A DNA stretch of 64,000 nt from Gammaproteobacteria bacterium (GCA_965116795.1 OZ220716.1:810503-874502); one strand, 5' to 3'. Numbered from the stretch's first letter, positions 51,300 through 63,698 are shown. The notes: generated by a model from the letters alone, not told the origin. Numbers and translations: made by a program.

Positions 51300-52970
51300 T
51301 TAAGCGATTTTACCTAACAAAAACAATGCACCGTTAACTGGTAATCCTTGCTGTAAGCGAATTGTTTCTGTTGATTTAGCAATAATAGTTAACTGGTTTT
51401 GCTGAGTCAATTGTTGAATATAATTCATATTATGCTGAAATCGACCAGTCGGTTGTAATTGCATACAAGGCTCTTCTGTTAATTCAATGCTAAAAGCAAT
51501 CATGCCACTTGGTTTAAGCAACTGGGCTAATCGGTGAAATAATCTATCCAAATTGCCAATATATCCAAATACATCAGCAGCAATGATCAGATCAAACATT
51601 GTATCACATTGCTCTATAAAGGTTTTAATGTCTGTGCAGGTTAACTGATCATAGATTTGTTTTTCTTCTGCTTTTTTCAACATACTTATCGCCACATCGA
51701 TCCCTAGTAAATAGTGGGCATATGGTTTGATTTTGCTACCCATTAAGCCAGTTCCACAACCTAAATCTAATATATCCCAACACGGTGATTGTGACATAAC
51801 TGTTTTTTCAATTAACTGAGTCAGTAGTATAGGGATTTGATAGCATAATAATGTTTGCAAGTGATTATCATAGTCATTTGCATAATCATCGAATAGTTTT
51901 TTTATATATACTATTGGTGTTGTTTGTTGTTTGCCATCTTGCTTAATAGCGCTTAACAGATAAGATAACGCTGGGTTTTCTGGCGAAATGGTTAACGCTT
52001 TTTCATAGCAAGCAATAGCCATGTCCGTATTATGCTGTTTGTAATAGCATACTGCTAAATTTTGTAGTGCATCAAGATGATCAGGTTGTAGAGTAATTGT
52101 TTGCTGATAATGTTCAATTGCATCAGTAATATTATTTTGCTCAGCTAATATCACTCCCATATTAAAGTGTACACTAGATGAGTTTGGTTCTAATTCGAGT
52201 GCTGTTTGATAACACGCTTGTGCATTGGTTAGCTGATGTTGTTTTACATGTATTGCTGCCAAATTAGCATAAGCATTAACTAATGTTGGTTGTTGCTCAA
52301 TTGCCAGTTGATAATGCTGTTGTGCTTCAGTTAATTGATTAGTTTGCGCTAATAAGTTGGCCAAGTGAAAATGAGCTTTCCCATGAGTCGGGGATAGTGA
52401 AACAACCGTCTGAAATTGGTTTATTGCATTATTAAATTGATCAAGCTTCGTATAAATTAACCCTAGATTATAATGTGCGGCTAAATAATCTGGATGAGTT
52501 GAGATGGCTTTCTGATAATAGAGTTTAGCTTGATTAAATTGAGTGAGTTTATAATATAAACTTGCCAAATTGTTACATATTTCTGCGTATGTGTTTTGCT
52601 TTTCAATTTGCAACTGTTTGTTGTCACTGTCTACACCCTCTTGAGGGTTATCTTCATATTTCTTAATGGCTTTTAAATAGATTAATTCAGCTTGCTTGAA
52701 TTGTTGCTGATGTACTAGACTTAATCCCAGATCATTGTAAAGTGCATGTTGTTCGGGTGTATATCTAATGGCTTGTTGAAAATAATCAATTGCTGTAGGA
52801 AAGTCACCTTGTTTTACTGCTAACATGCCACGTAAACGCAATCCATCAATATGATTAGGAACCGTGTCCAGTAACTTCGATAATAATTGACTTGCTTTAC
52901 TCAGTTCACCTTGTTGGATAAGTACGTTAGCTTGTTTGCATAATGTATCAGCATCATTGTTTACACTCAC
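51300..52970 (-). CDS. TPR-repeat protein with C-terminal SAM-dependent methyltransferase
   Basis: Multiple TPRs, then LFDDYA..YD, LDLGCGTG, AADVFGYIG. Confidence 0.92.
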   Translation of the reverse strand: MSVNNDADTLCKQANVLIQQGELSKASQLLSKLLDTVPNHIDGLRLRGMLAVKQGDFPTAIDYFQQAIRYTPEQHALYNDLGLSLVHQQQFKQAELIYLKAIKKYEDNPQEGVDSDNKQLQIEKQNTYAEICNNLASLYYKLTQFNQAKLYYQKAISTHPDYLAAHYNLGLIYTKLDQFNNAINQFQTVVSLSPTHGKAHFHLANLLAQTNQLTEAQQHYQLAIEQQPTLVNAYANLAAIHVKQHQLTNAQACYQTALELEPNSSSVHFNMGVILAEQNNITDAIEHYQQTITLQPDHLDALQNLAVCYYKQHNTDMAIACYEKALTISPENPALSYLLSAIKQDGKQQTTPIVYIKKLFDDYANDYDNHLQTLLCYQIPILLTQLIEKTVMSQSPCWDILDLGCGTGLMGSKIKPYAHYLLGIDVAISMLKKAEEKQIYDQLTCTDIKTFIEQCDTMFDLIIAADVFGYIGNLDRLFHRLAQLLKPSGMIAFSIELTEEPCMQLQPTGRFQHNMNYIQQLTQQNQLTIIAKSTETIRLQQGLPVNGALFLLGKIA

Positions 52971-53560
52971 ACTAATGCCTTACCAAATGATAACAATGCA
53001 CCATATGACATAATAAATTGCACGAATAAAATCGCGCATGCCTGTAAACATACCATGGCAACTAGTGGTGATATGTCTATATTAGCAATCGGTGGAATGA
53101 TTTTTCGAAATGGTTGTAAGACTGGATCAGTTAAGCGTGCAATGATATCTACAGCTGGATTTTGCGTGTGTGGCGCTATCCAACTTAATATTGCGCCGAA
53201 TAAAATCGCATAAAAATAAATGTTGATTAATAAATTAATAAGTTCGCCAGATGTCCATACTGCCAAACCAATTGGGTTAGCTAATACATTCGCTTTTAAC
53301 CAAACAATAATGCTTAATTTAACGATGCCAGTTATAAATAATACGATAATTGCTGCAGAATTGATATTTTTATAATAAGAAATAAATTTTCCTACGGGTT
53401 TAACTGTAGGGTTAGTAATGGTCAGTAAAAATTGAATGACAGGATTATAATAATTGACACGTGCACTTTCTAATAAGATTCTGACTAATAATGTGATCAT
53501 ATAAATATTAAAGATAACTTGTACTAAAAATAGGATTGTATTGTTGATTGCGGATAACAC
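52967..53560 (-). CDS. yggT: YggT family membrane protein
   Basis: YYNP...ITNP and LSWI...PFRKIIPP..IDISP; follows proC. Confidence 0.92.
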   Translation of the reverse strand: MLSAINNTILFLVQVIFNIYMITLLVRILLESARVNYYNPVIQFLLTITNPTVKPVGKFISYYKNINSAAIIVLFITGIVKLSIIVWLKANVLANPIGLAVWTSGELINLLINIYFYAILFGAILSWIAPHTQNPAVDIIARLTDPVLQPFRKIIPPIANIDISPLVAMVCLQACAILFVQFIMSYGALLSFGKALV

Positions 53561-53563
53561 AAT

Positions 53564-54406
53564 TTACTCCTTACTGTTTTGCTTAGTGAATTGTTCGGAA
53601 AGTTCCATTGAACGAGCTGCTGCATTAGATAGTGCTTGTTGAACAATATCTGCTAATTGTTTATCGTTAAATAGGTTAATCGCTTGTTCAGTTGTCCCTT
53701 GTGGTGATGTGACATGTGCACGCAAATCGGCAATGGACACATCACTTTCCAGTGCCAATTTGGCCGCACCAAATACAGTTTGCAATGTTAATAATTCAGC
53801 TGTTTTTTGTGATAATCCTAATGTGATTGCTGCCTTAATTAATGCTTGCATAAACAAATAAATATAAGCAGGCCCACCGCCTGATAATGCGGTGACAGTG
53901 TGTAATTGTTCTTCGTTATCTAACCAAATTGCCATGCCAACTGCACGGATAATTGATTCAGCTAAATCACGTTGTTGCAAACTTACCTGTTGGTTAGCAT
54001 ATAATGCGCTGGCACTACATCCGATCAATGCTGGTGTATTTGGCATGCAGCGTACAATGGCTAAGTTGCCGCCAAGCCATTGTTGAATACTAGATTCAGT
54101 AACCCCTGCGACAATACTGATAATTAATGGTTGTTTAGCTTGAATGTGATCGCGTAGTGTATTGCACAATTCATGTAAACAGTGTGGTTTGACTGCCAGT
54201 ACGACGACATCTGCCGAGTTGACGGCAGTGATGTTATCAGTAGTTGTCTGTATACTAAAGCGTTGTGCTAGAGCAGCTAGTGCATCGCTGTTACGACGTG
54301 TTGCCCAAATGGATTGTTCAGGATAGCCTCGTTGGCGCAATCCACCGATTAAACTGGCTGCCATGTTGCCTGCGCCGATAAATGCAATGGTTGCCTGTGT
54401 TGACAT
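53564..54406 (-). CDS. proC: Pyrroline-5-carboxylate reductase
   Basis: IGAGNMA, RCMPNTP, VTSPQGTT motifs. Confidence 0.96.
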   Translation of the reverse strand: MSTQATIAFIGAGNMAASLIGGLRQRGYPEQSIWATRRNSDALAALAQRFSIQTTTDNITAVNSADVVVLAVKPHCLHELCNTLRDHIQAKQPLIISIVAGVTESSIQQWLGGNLAIVRCMPNTPALIGCSASALYANQQVSLQQRDLAESIIRAVGMAIWLDNEEQLHTVTALSGGGPAYIYLFMQALIKAAITLGLSQKTAELLTLQTVFGAAKLALESDVSIADLRAHVTSPQGTTEQAINLFNDKQLADIVQQALSNAAARSMELSEQFTKQNSKE

Positions 54407-54464
54407 GACATTTAACCCTTTACGATTTGTTTATTGTCGTAATGATTGTACTATTAGCGTTTGC

Positions 54465-55163
54465 TTAAGGGAATGGCTTTTTAGGTATTGTTGTTGTACG
54501 TTGTCCAAAAATGGCTGTACCTAAACGTACCGTGGTTGCACCATGTGCAATCGCCTGCTCCCAATCAGCTGACATACCCATCGATAATGTATCTAATACA
54601 ATACCTGCCGCACAGATTTCTTGACATAATATCTGCATGCGTGCAAAAGCGGTTTGTGTGTGCGGACGTGGGATTGCCATCAAGCCGCGTAATGTTAAGG
54701 CTGGTAAAGTTGATATTGCTTGTGCTAGTGATAATACATCTGTTGGTGCAATCCCGGATTTCTGCGGTTCATTATCAATATTCACTTGGATGCACACATT
54801 CAGTGGCGCTAACTGAGTTGAGCGTTGTGCAGCTAGGCGAGTTGCTTGGTCGAGTCGGGTTACGCTGTGTACCCACGCGAAATGATTAGCAATTAGGTTA
54901 ATTTTATTACGTTGAATCGTACCAATATAGTGCCAAATCAGATCAGGCAAGTCAGCCAGTAATGTCATTTTCCCCAACGCTTCTTGTACTCGGTTTTCAC
55001 CAAAATGGCGTTCACCTGCTGTATATGCTTCACGAATAGCACTGTCTGGATGATTCTTGCTCACACAGATTAAGGTCAATGAATTAGCGGATCGTTGCTG
55101 TGCAGCCAAACAAGCGTGGGCACGTTGGTGAAAATTGACTATATTATCAGTAAGCTTATTCAT
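54465..55163 (-). CDS. yggS: PLP homeostasis protein
   Basis: VSK, FGENRVQE, LRGLMAIP, LSMGMS motifs. Confidence 0.95.
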   Translation of the reverse strand: MNKLTDNIVNFHQRAHACLAAQQRSANSLTLICVSKNHPDSAIREAYTAGERHFGENRVQEALGKMTLLADLPDLIWHYIGTIQRNKINLIANHFAWVHSVTRLDQATRLAAQRSTQLAPLNVCIQVNIDNEPQKSGIAPTDVLSLAQAISTLPALTLRGLMAIPRPHTQTAFARMQILCQEICAAGIVLDTLSMGMSADWEQAIAHGATTVRLGTAIFGQRTTTIPKKPFP

Positions 55164-55188
55164 GAGTTTGCCTTTAGGAGCATTGGTA

Positions 55189-56226
55189 ATGGATATTAAG
55201 GATTTACTCGCCTTCGCTGTTGAGAATAAAGCATCTGATTTGCATTTATCAACTGATTTACCACCGATGATTCGGGTTGATGGTGATTTGCGTCGTATTG
55301 ATATTCCGGCATTAGATCAGCAAACTACACATGATTTATTATACGCTGTGATGACAGATAAGCAGCGACGTGAATTTGAAGAAAATCTTGAAATTGACTT
55401 TTCATGTGAAATTCCAAAACTATCACGTTTTCGGGTAAATGTGTTTAATCAGAATCGTGGTATCGCGGGCGCGTTTCGGGTAATTCCAGCCACCATTTTA
55501 AGTTTGGAAGAATTAGATGCCCCTGCTAGTTTGTCAAATATTGCTAAGTTTCCACGCGGATTGGTATTAGTAACCGGTGCAACGGGTTCCGGGAAAAGTA
55601 CAACATTGGCTGCCATGTTACATGCAGTCAATAAACAACAGTATTCTCATATTATTACTATTGAAGATCCGATCGAATTTGTACACGTTAGTAATCGTTG
55701 TTTGATCAATCAACGTGAAGTGCATCGAGATACCTTTAGTTTTAGTAATGCATTACGTTCTGCATTGCGTGAAGACCCTGATATTATCTTAGTGGGTGAG
55801 ATGCGTGATTTAGAAACCATTCGTTTAGCATTAACGGCTGCTGAGACTGGGCACTTGGTATTTGGAACGTTACACACGACATCAGCAGCTAAAACAATTA
55901 ATCGGATCATTGATGTTTTTCCTGGTCCTGAGAAAACAATGGTACGTACGATGTTATCAGAATCATTACAAGCAGTAATTGCGCAAAACTTATTAAAGAA
56001 AAAGGGTGGTGGCCGGATTGCAGCACATGAGATTATGATGTGTACCCCGGCGATTCGTAATTTAATTCGTGAGGATAAGATCGCACAAATGTATTCAGCA
56101 ATTCAAACAGGTCAAAACGTAGGGATGCAAACCCTGGAGCAGTGTTTATTAAAATTAGTGAATGAAAATAAAATACCAAAAGAAACAGCAGTCGATGCGG
56201 CTAATAATAAAGATATGTTGAAATAA
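55189..56226 (+). CDS. pilT: Type IV pilus retraction ATPase
   Basis: ASDLHLS, GATGSGKST, TIEDPIE, LREDPD, AIRNLIRE motifs; start ATG 55189 with AGGAG RBS. Confidence 0.96.
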   Translation: MDIKDLLAFAVENKASDLHLSTDLPPMIRVDGDLRRIDIPALDQQTTHDLLYAVMTDKQRREFEENLEIDFSCEIPKLSRFRVNVFNQNRGIAGAFRVIPATILSLEELDAPASLSNIAKFPRGLVLVTGATGSGKSTTLAAMLHAVNKQQYSHIITIEDPIEFVHVSNRCLINQREVHRDTFSFSNALRSALREDPDIILVGEMRDLETIRLALTAAETGHLVFGTLHTTSAAKTINRIIDVFPGPEKTMVRTMLSESLQAVIAQNLLKKKGGGRIAAHEIMMCTPAIRNLIREDKIAQMYSAIQTGQNVGMQTLEQCLLKLVNENKIPKETAVDAANNKDMLK

Positions 56227-56328
56227 AAATAACTACTTAGGTTTTTTTAATGTAAACGCCATCTTTAGCAGAACTTGCCAGACAATATCAGTAAAACGTG
56301 CTCATGTATGCTAAATATACTGCGAAGC

Positions 56329-56362
56329 CCGTCATCCCGCGGCTTGACCGCGGGATGACGGG
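56329..56362. repeat. CGTC-type REP palindrome
   Basis: CCGTCATCCCGCGGCTTGACCGCGGGATGACGG, identical to 6608-6640; both are followed closely by GGAGAGAGGTAGTT. Confidence 0.9.
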
Positions 56363-56378
56363 AGAGAGGTAGTTACAT

Positions 56379-56409
56379 AAAAAAAGCCCACCAAACAGGT
56401 GGGCTTTTC
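56379..56409 (-). terminator. Intrinsic terminator of groEL (probably bidirectional)
   Basis: AAAAAAAGCCCACC-AAACA-GGTGGGCTTTT. Confidence 0.85.
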
Positions 56410-56447
56410 TATTTGTGACTGTAGGTCAGTCGGTAGCAAAGGCTGTA

Positions 56448-58103
<1,656 letters not shown>

Positions 58104-58153
58104 TCACTAATAAATTACGTTAATTTAACCTTAAATATCACAGTAAGTGGTTA

Positions 58154-58450
58154 TTACTCGACAACACCAATGATGTCATCTTCGCGTAGTACCACTAACT
58201 CTTCGTCGCCGATTTTAGTTTCAGTGCCGGCGTATTTACCAAACAACACGGTGTCGCCTTTTTTAACATCGGCAACTTCGCGACGTTTGCCATCATCTAA
58301 GAATTTGCCAGGGCCGACGGCGATCACTTCACCTTCCGCAGGCTTTTCTTTTGATGAATCTGGGATCAAAATCCCACCCTGAGTTTTTTCTTCACCAGGC
58401 CGACGTCTGACAATGACGCGATCACCTAATGGACGAAGCTGTTTACTCAT
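58154..58450 (-). CDS. groS: Co-chaperonin GroES
   Basis: [22 protein letters not shown] motifs; start ATG 58450 with AGGAG RBS. Confidence 0.97.
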   Translation of the reverse strand: MSKQLRPLGDRVIVRRRPGEEKTQGGILIPDSSKEKPAEGEVIAVGPGKFLDDGKRREVADVKKGDTVLFGKYAGTETKIGDEELVVLREDDIIGVVE

Positions 58451-58493
58451 GCATGTTTCTCCTAAATATAAAAAAGTTGAACATCGTGCCTGA

Positions 58494-58558
58494 CATACTC
58501 TTCGCATTTTGACTGTGGGCTTTATTGGCTTTGCCTACATTTAAAATACGTTGAGTCA
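58494..58558 (-). mobile_element. Internally deleted ERIC-like element in the groES leader
   Basis: CATACTCTTCGCATTTTGA...GGCTTTATTGGCT joined to GCCTACATTTAAAATACGTTGAGT, matching both ends of 9973-10100. Confidence 0.7.
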
Positions 58559-58613
58559 GCGTAAGCGCAATGTAATTCTTTGAAAAAGCCTAACTTTTTC
58601 GTAAGATTACAGA

Positions 58614-58667
58614 TTAGCACTCTCGCCTAGCGAGTGCCAATCATACGCCCTTTGCAAAGTGAGTCAA
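58614..58667 (-). promoter_or_regulatory. CIRCE operator (HrcA site) and sigma70 promoter of groESL
   Basis: TTAGCACTC-N9-GAGTGCCAA at 58614-58640; minus strand TTGACT-16bp-TATGAT immediately upstream. Confidence 0.9.
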
Positions 58668-58717
58668 GCGTGTAGGCCTTACCAAGTTACCCCAGCGTTC
58701 CCACGTGTGCCTGTGAT

Positions 58718-60592
58718 ATGATGGCACGTCAAACAAATTTCAAGGTTATTGAATTGAATAACTATCCTAATCGGTACAGTCGTCGTCGGTTTGCATGGGG
58801 ATTCGTGCTACTGTTTGCGCTTTGTGTAACCAGTGCATTTGCCACAACACCCCTACCAGCACAACGTGCTTTTGTATTGTCCACGATGGTGTTGCCAACA
58901 ATTAAAGTGTCCAAATCAAGTGCAGATGAAATGGTAATGGTGCGCGCTACTTGGCAGATTACCCTGGACCATTTCTTATATCGCGATCAAATTACCGTTA
59001 GGCTAGCTGATAATACGGATGAGATGACGGCTATTGGCGTTGTACAATTTCCTACAGGTATGATGCATACCGATGCATTATCACAACAGTATCCGATTTA
59101 TCGTGATCAAGTGGCCATTAATATTCCCATTGTTTATCCACAACAGTCAATAATTACACTCGATATTAGTTATCAAGGTTGTTCGGATGCCGGACACTGT
59201 TATCCACCTATCACCCAACGTGTTTCATTGGATTTGCAACAACCTGGTGTCGCTATTCAGGGTCACGTACAACCAAGTAGTGTACTGAGTACAGTCGATG
59301 AGTTAGTTAATCCACAGGCTATTTGGTTAACGTTAATGAGTTTTATTGGATTGGGATTGCTGCTAGCGTTTACACCGTGTGTGTTGCCAATGATTCCAAT
59401 CTTGTCTGGGATCATCATTGGGCATGGTACTCAGTTAACTACGTTCAAAGGGTTTTTATTATCGTTATCCTATGTATTGGGTATGTCATTAACCTATGCG
59501 GTGTTTGGCATTGTGATCACCACAGCGGGTTATAACTTACAAGTGTTATTACAAACACCGTGGGTAATTGGTTTATTTAGCTTGCTATTTATTGGATTAG
59601 CATTATCGATGTTTGGCTTATTTGAATTACGCCTGCCACGTGCAATTGAACAGATATTACATATGCTTAGCTATCGCCAACGCAGTGGAACCTATTTGGG
59701 TGCGTTTGTTATGGGTTCAATTGCAACGTTGTTAGTTTCACCGTGTGTGAGTGCACCGCTGGTTGGTGCATTGGCTTATATTAGTAAAACTGGTGATATT
59801 ACATTGGGTGCGTTGACATTATTTTGTTTAGGGTTAGGCATGGGATTACCGTTGTTGTTACTGGGTATTTCTGGAGGAAAGTATTTGCCTCGCAGTGGTC
59901 ATTGGACGCGACGCATTAATGCATTGTTTGGTTTCTTACTATTAGCAGTGGCTGTTTATTTGGTGGAACGCTTATTACCAAGTGTTATTGCAATGTCTTT
60001 ATGGGCAATGTTATGTATTATGATCGGCATTTATCTTATATCACTCACACTACCACACCTACAAGCACGCATCATCAGTAAAACAATTGGCTTAATTAGT
60101 ATTGGTTTAGCGGTATTAATTTTTATAGGTGGCATGTTAGGTAACACATCACCGCTAAAACCGTTAGCTAATTTACATTACACAGCTCGACACGGTTGGC
60201 AGTTAACAACGAATTCGCTGTCATTTATTAATATAAAAACAGTGAATGATTTGAAACAACAATTGCAATTGGCGCGAACACAACATAAAGCAGTGATGTT
60301 AGACATTTATGCTGATTGGTGTATTGCATGTAAAGTCATTGAGCGTGATGTGTTTACCCATCCCGCTGTAATTGATGCGTTGCAATCATTTGTGTTATTG
60401 CAAGCAGATGTGACAGTTAATAATGCTGCTGATCGTGCCTTACTTAAAGCGTATGACATTATTGCACCGCCAACGATTCTATTCTTTGATAAGAATGGCA
60501 CTGAACTGATTGCTACACGGATCATTGGTGAAATTAATGCGCAGCAGTTTTTGCAACATATTGCGTCAGTCTCCTCATCAAATGCGGACTAA
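58718..60592 (+). CDS. dsbD: Thiol:disulfide interchange protein DsbD
   Basis: YQGCSDAGHCYPP, FTPCVLPM, SPCVSAPL, WCIACK motifs; start uncertain. Confidence 0.94.
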   Translation: MMARQTNFKVIELNNYPNRYSRRRFAWGFVLLFALCVTSAFATTPLPAQRAFVLSTMVLPTIKVSKSSADEMVMVRATWQITLDHFLYRDQITVRLADNTDEMTAIGVVQFPTGMMHTDALSQQYPIYRDQVAINIPIVYPQQSIITLDISYQGCSDAGHCYPPITQRVSLDLQQPGVAIQGHVQPSSVLSTVDELVNPQAIWLTLMSFIGLGLLLAFTPCVLPMIPILSGIIIGHGTQLTTFKGFLLSLSYVLGMSLTYAVFGIVITTAGYNLQVLLQTPWVIGLFSLLFIGLALSMFGLFELRLPRAIEQILHMLSYRQRSGTYLGAFVMGSIATLLVSPCVSAPLVGALAYISKTGDITLGALTLFCLGLGMGLPLLLLGISGGKYLPRSGHWTRRINALFGFLLLAVAVYLVERLLPSVIAMSLWAMLCIMIGIYLISLTLPHLQARIISKTIGLISIGLAVLIFIGGMLGNTSPLKPLANLHYTARHGWQLTTNSLSFINIKTVNDLKQQLQLARTQHKAVMLDIYADWCIACKVIERDVFTHPAVIDALQSFVLLQADVTVNNAADRALLKAYDIIAPPTILFFDKNGTELIATRIIGEINAQQFLQHIASVSSSNAD

Positions 60593-60703
60593 TAGTAGTC
60601 AACGTGAAGAATTTGCAGTGAACTTGCGACGAATTGCAGTGAACTAGACAAGAAATCTGAATTACGGCACAATGCGCGTCAACCATCAACTCGGATGATA
60701 TTG

Positions 60704-61159
60704 ATGACGAATGTGCACAAAATTTGGGTGTTACACGGACCAAATTTAAACCTACTGGGACAACGCGAGCCAGATGTCTATGGCCATGTATCGCTAGCTG
60801 ATCTCAATGGTGAATTAACCACCTTTGCTACACAACATGATGTTGCATTGACTTGCCATCAACATAATGCCGAACATGCACTAATTGAGTTAATCCACCA
60901 AGCTAAAGTAGATCATGTACAATGCATTGTGTTTAATCCCGCTGCATTTGCTCATACCAGCATTGCGTTGCGCGATGCATTATTAGCAGTCAACATTCCG
61001 TTTATTGAAGTGCATTTGACTAATGTTGATGCGCGTGAACCATTTCGACAACAATCCTATTTTTCAGATATTGCACTCGGTGTGATCAGTGGGTTTGGTG
61101 TACAAAGTTATTTATTGGGATTGCATGCAGCTGTAAAGTATGTGCAATGCAAATGTTAG
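60704..61159 (+). CDS. aroQ: Type II 3-dehydroquinate dehydratase
   Basis: [31 protein letters not shown] motifs. Confidence 0.96.
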   Translation: MTNVHKIWVLHGPNLNLLGQREPDVYGHVSLADLNGELTTFATQHDVALTCHQHNAEHALIELIHQAKVDHVQCIVFNPAAFAHTSIALRDALLAVNIPFIEVHLTNVDAREPFRQQSYFSDIALGVISGFGVQSYLLGLHAAVKYVQCKC

Positions 61160-61164
61160 TAATG

Positions 61165-61233
61165 TTACTCAGGTATTATAGGCTCAAGCAATTGGATTGT
61201 CGCCTCGCCTACAATTCAAGGGTGCCGAGTATA
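61165..61233. mobile_element. Degenerate short ERIC-like remnant upstream of accB
   Basis: TTGTCGCCTCGCCTACAATTCAAG...GAGTATA matches the right end of 40384-40510. Confidence 0.6.
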
Positions 61234-61249
61234 GTGGAGATAATAAATA

Positions 61250-61696
61250 ATGGATATTCGTAAAGTCAAAGCATTAATTGGGTTGTTAAAAGAAACAGGC
61301 GTAGCTGAAATTGAAATTCATGAAGGTGAAGAATCAGTGCGTATAAGCCACTATGCGACAAATGCGCCTGTTACTAGCGTACCGGTTGCTGCTCCTGCTG
61401 CACAAGTCGTAACACCTACACTTGAAGCACCATCGCCAACTAAGACCACGATTAGTGGACACGAAGTAAAGTCACCGATGGTTGGCACAATGTATACGTC
61501 ACCATCTCCAGGCGAACCGACATTTGTGGATGTTGGTCAACGGGTGAGTGTTGGTGATGTGTTATGTATTATCGAAGCAATGAAAATGTTTAATCAGATC
61601 GAAGCGGATAAAGCAGGGGTAGTCAAAGCACGCTTAGTTGAAAATGGACAACCTGTTGAGTTTAATCAGCCACTATTTATCATCGACGATGAGTAA
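61250..61696 (+). CDS. accB: Biotin carboxyl carrier protein
   Basis: EAMKM biotinylation motif, SPMVGT. Confidence 0.97.
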   Translation: MDIRKVKALIGLLKETGVAEIEIHEGEESVRISHYATNAPVTSVPVAAPAAQVVTPTLEAPSPTKTTISGHEVKSPMVGTMYTSPSPGEPTFVDVGQRVSVGDVLCIIEAMKMFNQIEADKAGVVKARLVENGQPVEFNQPLFIIDDE

Positions 61697-61729
61697 TTTG
61701 TTTTTAATTATGTTTATAGAGAAAATTAC

Positions 61730-63070
61730 ATGTTTGATAAAATTGTCATAGCCAACCGTGGTGAAATTGCTTTACGCATTTTACGTGCATGCAAAGAGCT
61801 AGGCATTAAAACGGTTGCAGTTCATTCGATGACAGACCGTAATTTAATTCACGTACGCCTTGCAGATGAATCTGTTTGTATCGGTCCAGATAAGGTGGCT
61901 GATAGTTATTTAAATATTCCCGCGGTAGTTAGTGCTGCTGAAGTTACTGATGCTTTAGCACTGCATCCAGGTTATGGCTTTTTGGCTGAGAATGCTGATT
62001 TTGCAGAACAAGTCGAAAAAAGTGGTTTTGTTTTTATTGGACCAACACCTGATACTATTCGTTTAATGGGTGATAAAGTCTCGGCAATTGCTGCAATGAA
62101 ACAAGCTGGCGTGCCATGCGTTCCGGGATCAGACGGACCATTGGGTGATGATTCGCAAACCAATCTAAGTATTGCACGTGATATTGGTTATCCTGTCATT
62201 ATTAAAGCCGCTGGTGGTGGTGGTGGACGTGGTATGCGCGTTGTTCGTAGTGAGGCTGCGTTAATTAATGCGATTAGTATGACGCGTCAAGAAGCTAAAG
62301 CTGGTTTTAATAATGATATGGTGTACATGGAAAAATTTTTAGAAAATCCGCGCCACATCGAGATCCAAGTGTTGGGAGATGGTAGGGGAGATGCAATCCA
62401 CTTAGGAGAACGCGATTGTTCATTACAACGACGCCATCAAAAAGTATTGGAAGAATCACCAGCACCAGGTTTGAGTGAAGAACAACGACAAACCATTGGT
62501 ATGCGGTGTGTGCAAGCGTGCCGAGAAATGTGTTATCGGGGTGCAGGCACATTCGAATTCTTGTATGAAGATGGGCATTTCTATTTTATTGAAATGAATA
62601 CCCGTGTCCAGGTAGAACATCCAATCACTGAAATGGTTACCGGAATTGATATTGTTAAAGAGCAGATTAAGATAGCAGCAGGTGAGCCACTGACTATTAA
62701 GCAAGATGATATTCGATTATCTGGACATGCGATCGAGTGTCGGATTAACGCAGAAGATCCATTTAACTTTACCCCTAGTCCCGGTAAGGTTGATCTATAT
62801 CATCCACCGGGTGGTCCTGGGATCCGCGTCGACTCACATCTTTATAGTAGTTATACGGTGCCGCCACACTACGATTCATTAATTGGTAAATTGATTGCGT
62901 ATGGTAATGATCGTCAATCTGCCATTCGACGTATGCGTCAAGCGTTGGATGAGTTACTCATCGAGGGGATTAAAACCAATACTGCCTTACATCAAAAGTT
63001 AATGCGTGATAGCCACTTTATCGAAGGTGGGGTTAATATCCATTATCTTGAAAAGAAACTGAATTTATAA
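61730..63070 (+). CDS. accC: Biotin carboxylase
   Basis: [36 protein letters not shown] motifs. Confidence 0.98.
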   Translation: MFDKIVIANRGEIALRILRACKELGIKTVAVHSMTDRNLIHVRLADESVCIGPDKVADSYLNIPAVVSAAEVTDALALHPGYGFLAENADFAEQVEKSGFVFIGPTPDTIRLMGDKVSAIAAMKQAGVPCVPGSDGPLGDDSQTNLSIARDIGYPVIIKAAGGGGGRGMRVVRSEAALINAISMTRQEAKAGFNNDMVYMEKFLENPRHIEIQVLGDGRGDAIHLGERDCSLQRRHQKVLEESPAPGLSEEQRQTIGMRCVQACREMCYRGAGTFEFLYEDGHFYFIEMNTRVQVEHPITEMVTGIDIVKEQIKIAAGEPLTIKQDDIRLSGHAIECRINAEDPFNFTPSPGKVDLYHPPGGPGIRVDSHLYSSYTVPPHYDSLIGKLIAYGNDRQSAIRRMRQALDELLIEGIKTNTALHQKLMRDSHFIEGGVNIHYLEKKLNL

Positions 63071-63295
63071 AGGGAAAATCAGGGTATATCTGCTCTCTAA
63101 GAACCCCAGTTCTAGGGTTAAAGATCATCTGTATTCAGGATAAACGGGTATAACTCATAGCAACCCGATAATTTTTATATAAGAATTTGCAAAAACAGTA
63201 TGTTAGCTAGCTTAGTGGTCAAATATGGCCGGCTGTTTTTGTGCATAAATTGGCCAATTCAGGCCATCTTTTTTCCGAAAAAGGGCAAATTAGAC

Positions 63296-63329
63296 TTGTA
63301 TACTTCATTACCAATGTCTATAATGCGGC
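63296..63329 (+). promoter_or_regulatory. Sigma70 promoter with GC-rich discriminator (probable fis promoter)
   Basis: TTGTAT-17bp-TATAAT-GCGGC. Confidence 0.7.
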
Positions 63330-63478
63330 TTCCTTTAGTCGGGATCTCCTCATAGGACAGTGTACAGGGGTAGTTGCCAGGACAGCTGTCGTCGATGTTG
63401 TTTTTAGGCGGTAGCCGTGCTGTCAGGTGGAGAATAATAGTAACGAAATAAGTTAACGTAATGTTCGCTTTTTTATAC

Positions 63479-63651
63479 AATAGCGTAATTATTTGATTTT
63501 TTGGATCCTGGATAACCGCTTTGCGGCTTCCAGAGCTTGTCCTGGACTCGATCCAGGAATAACGCCTCAACGCGTAGAGGCTCTATTAATTTGTTTTTGA
63601 GAACAAATTTACTTGGTTTCTAGATAAAGTCGAATATGGCGTTAGTTATTG
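63479..63651 (+). repeat. Multi-hairpin dispersed element (family A), copy 3, with nested palindrome
   Basis: Aligns to copies 1 and 2; extra CTTGTCCTGGACTCGATCCAGGA inserted in the REP-like arm. Confidence 0.88.
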
Positions 63652-63698
63652 ATTTAATTAGCCTTTTTCTAACTAATGGATGAGAGAGTACGTTACCA

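Noticed and set aside
63067-63118. Short matches to other repeats (AAGAACCCCAGTTC vs 39841; GTATATCT block vs 6585)
   Set aside because: Too short to distinguish from chance by eye.
63259-63570. 103-aa minus-strand ORF
   Set aside because: Starts inside a repeat, overlaps the plus-strand promoter and leader, and has no recognisable motif.
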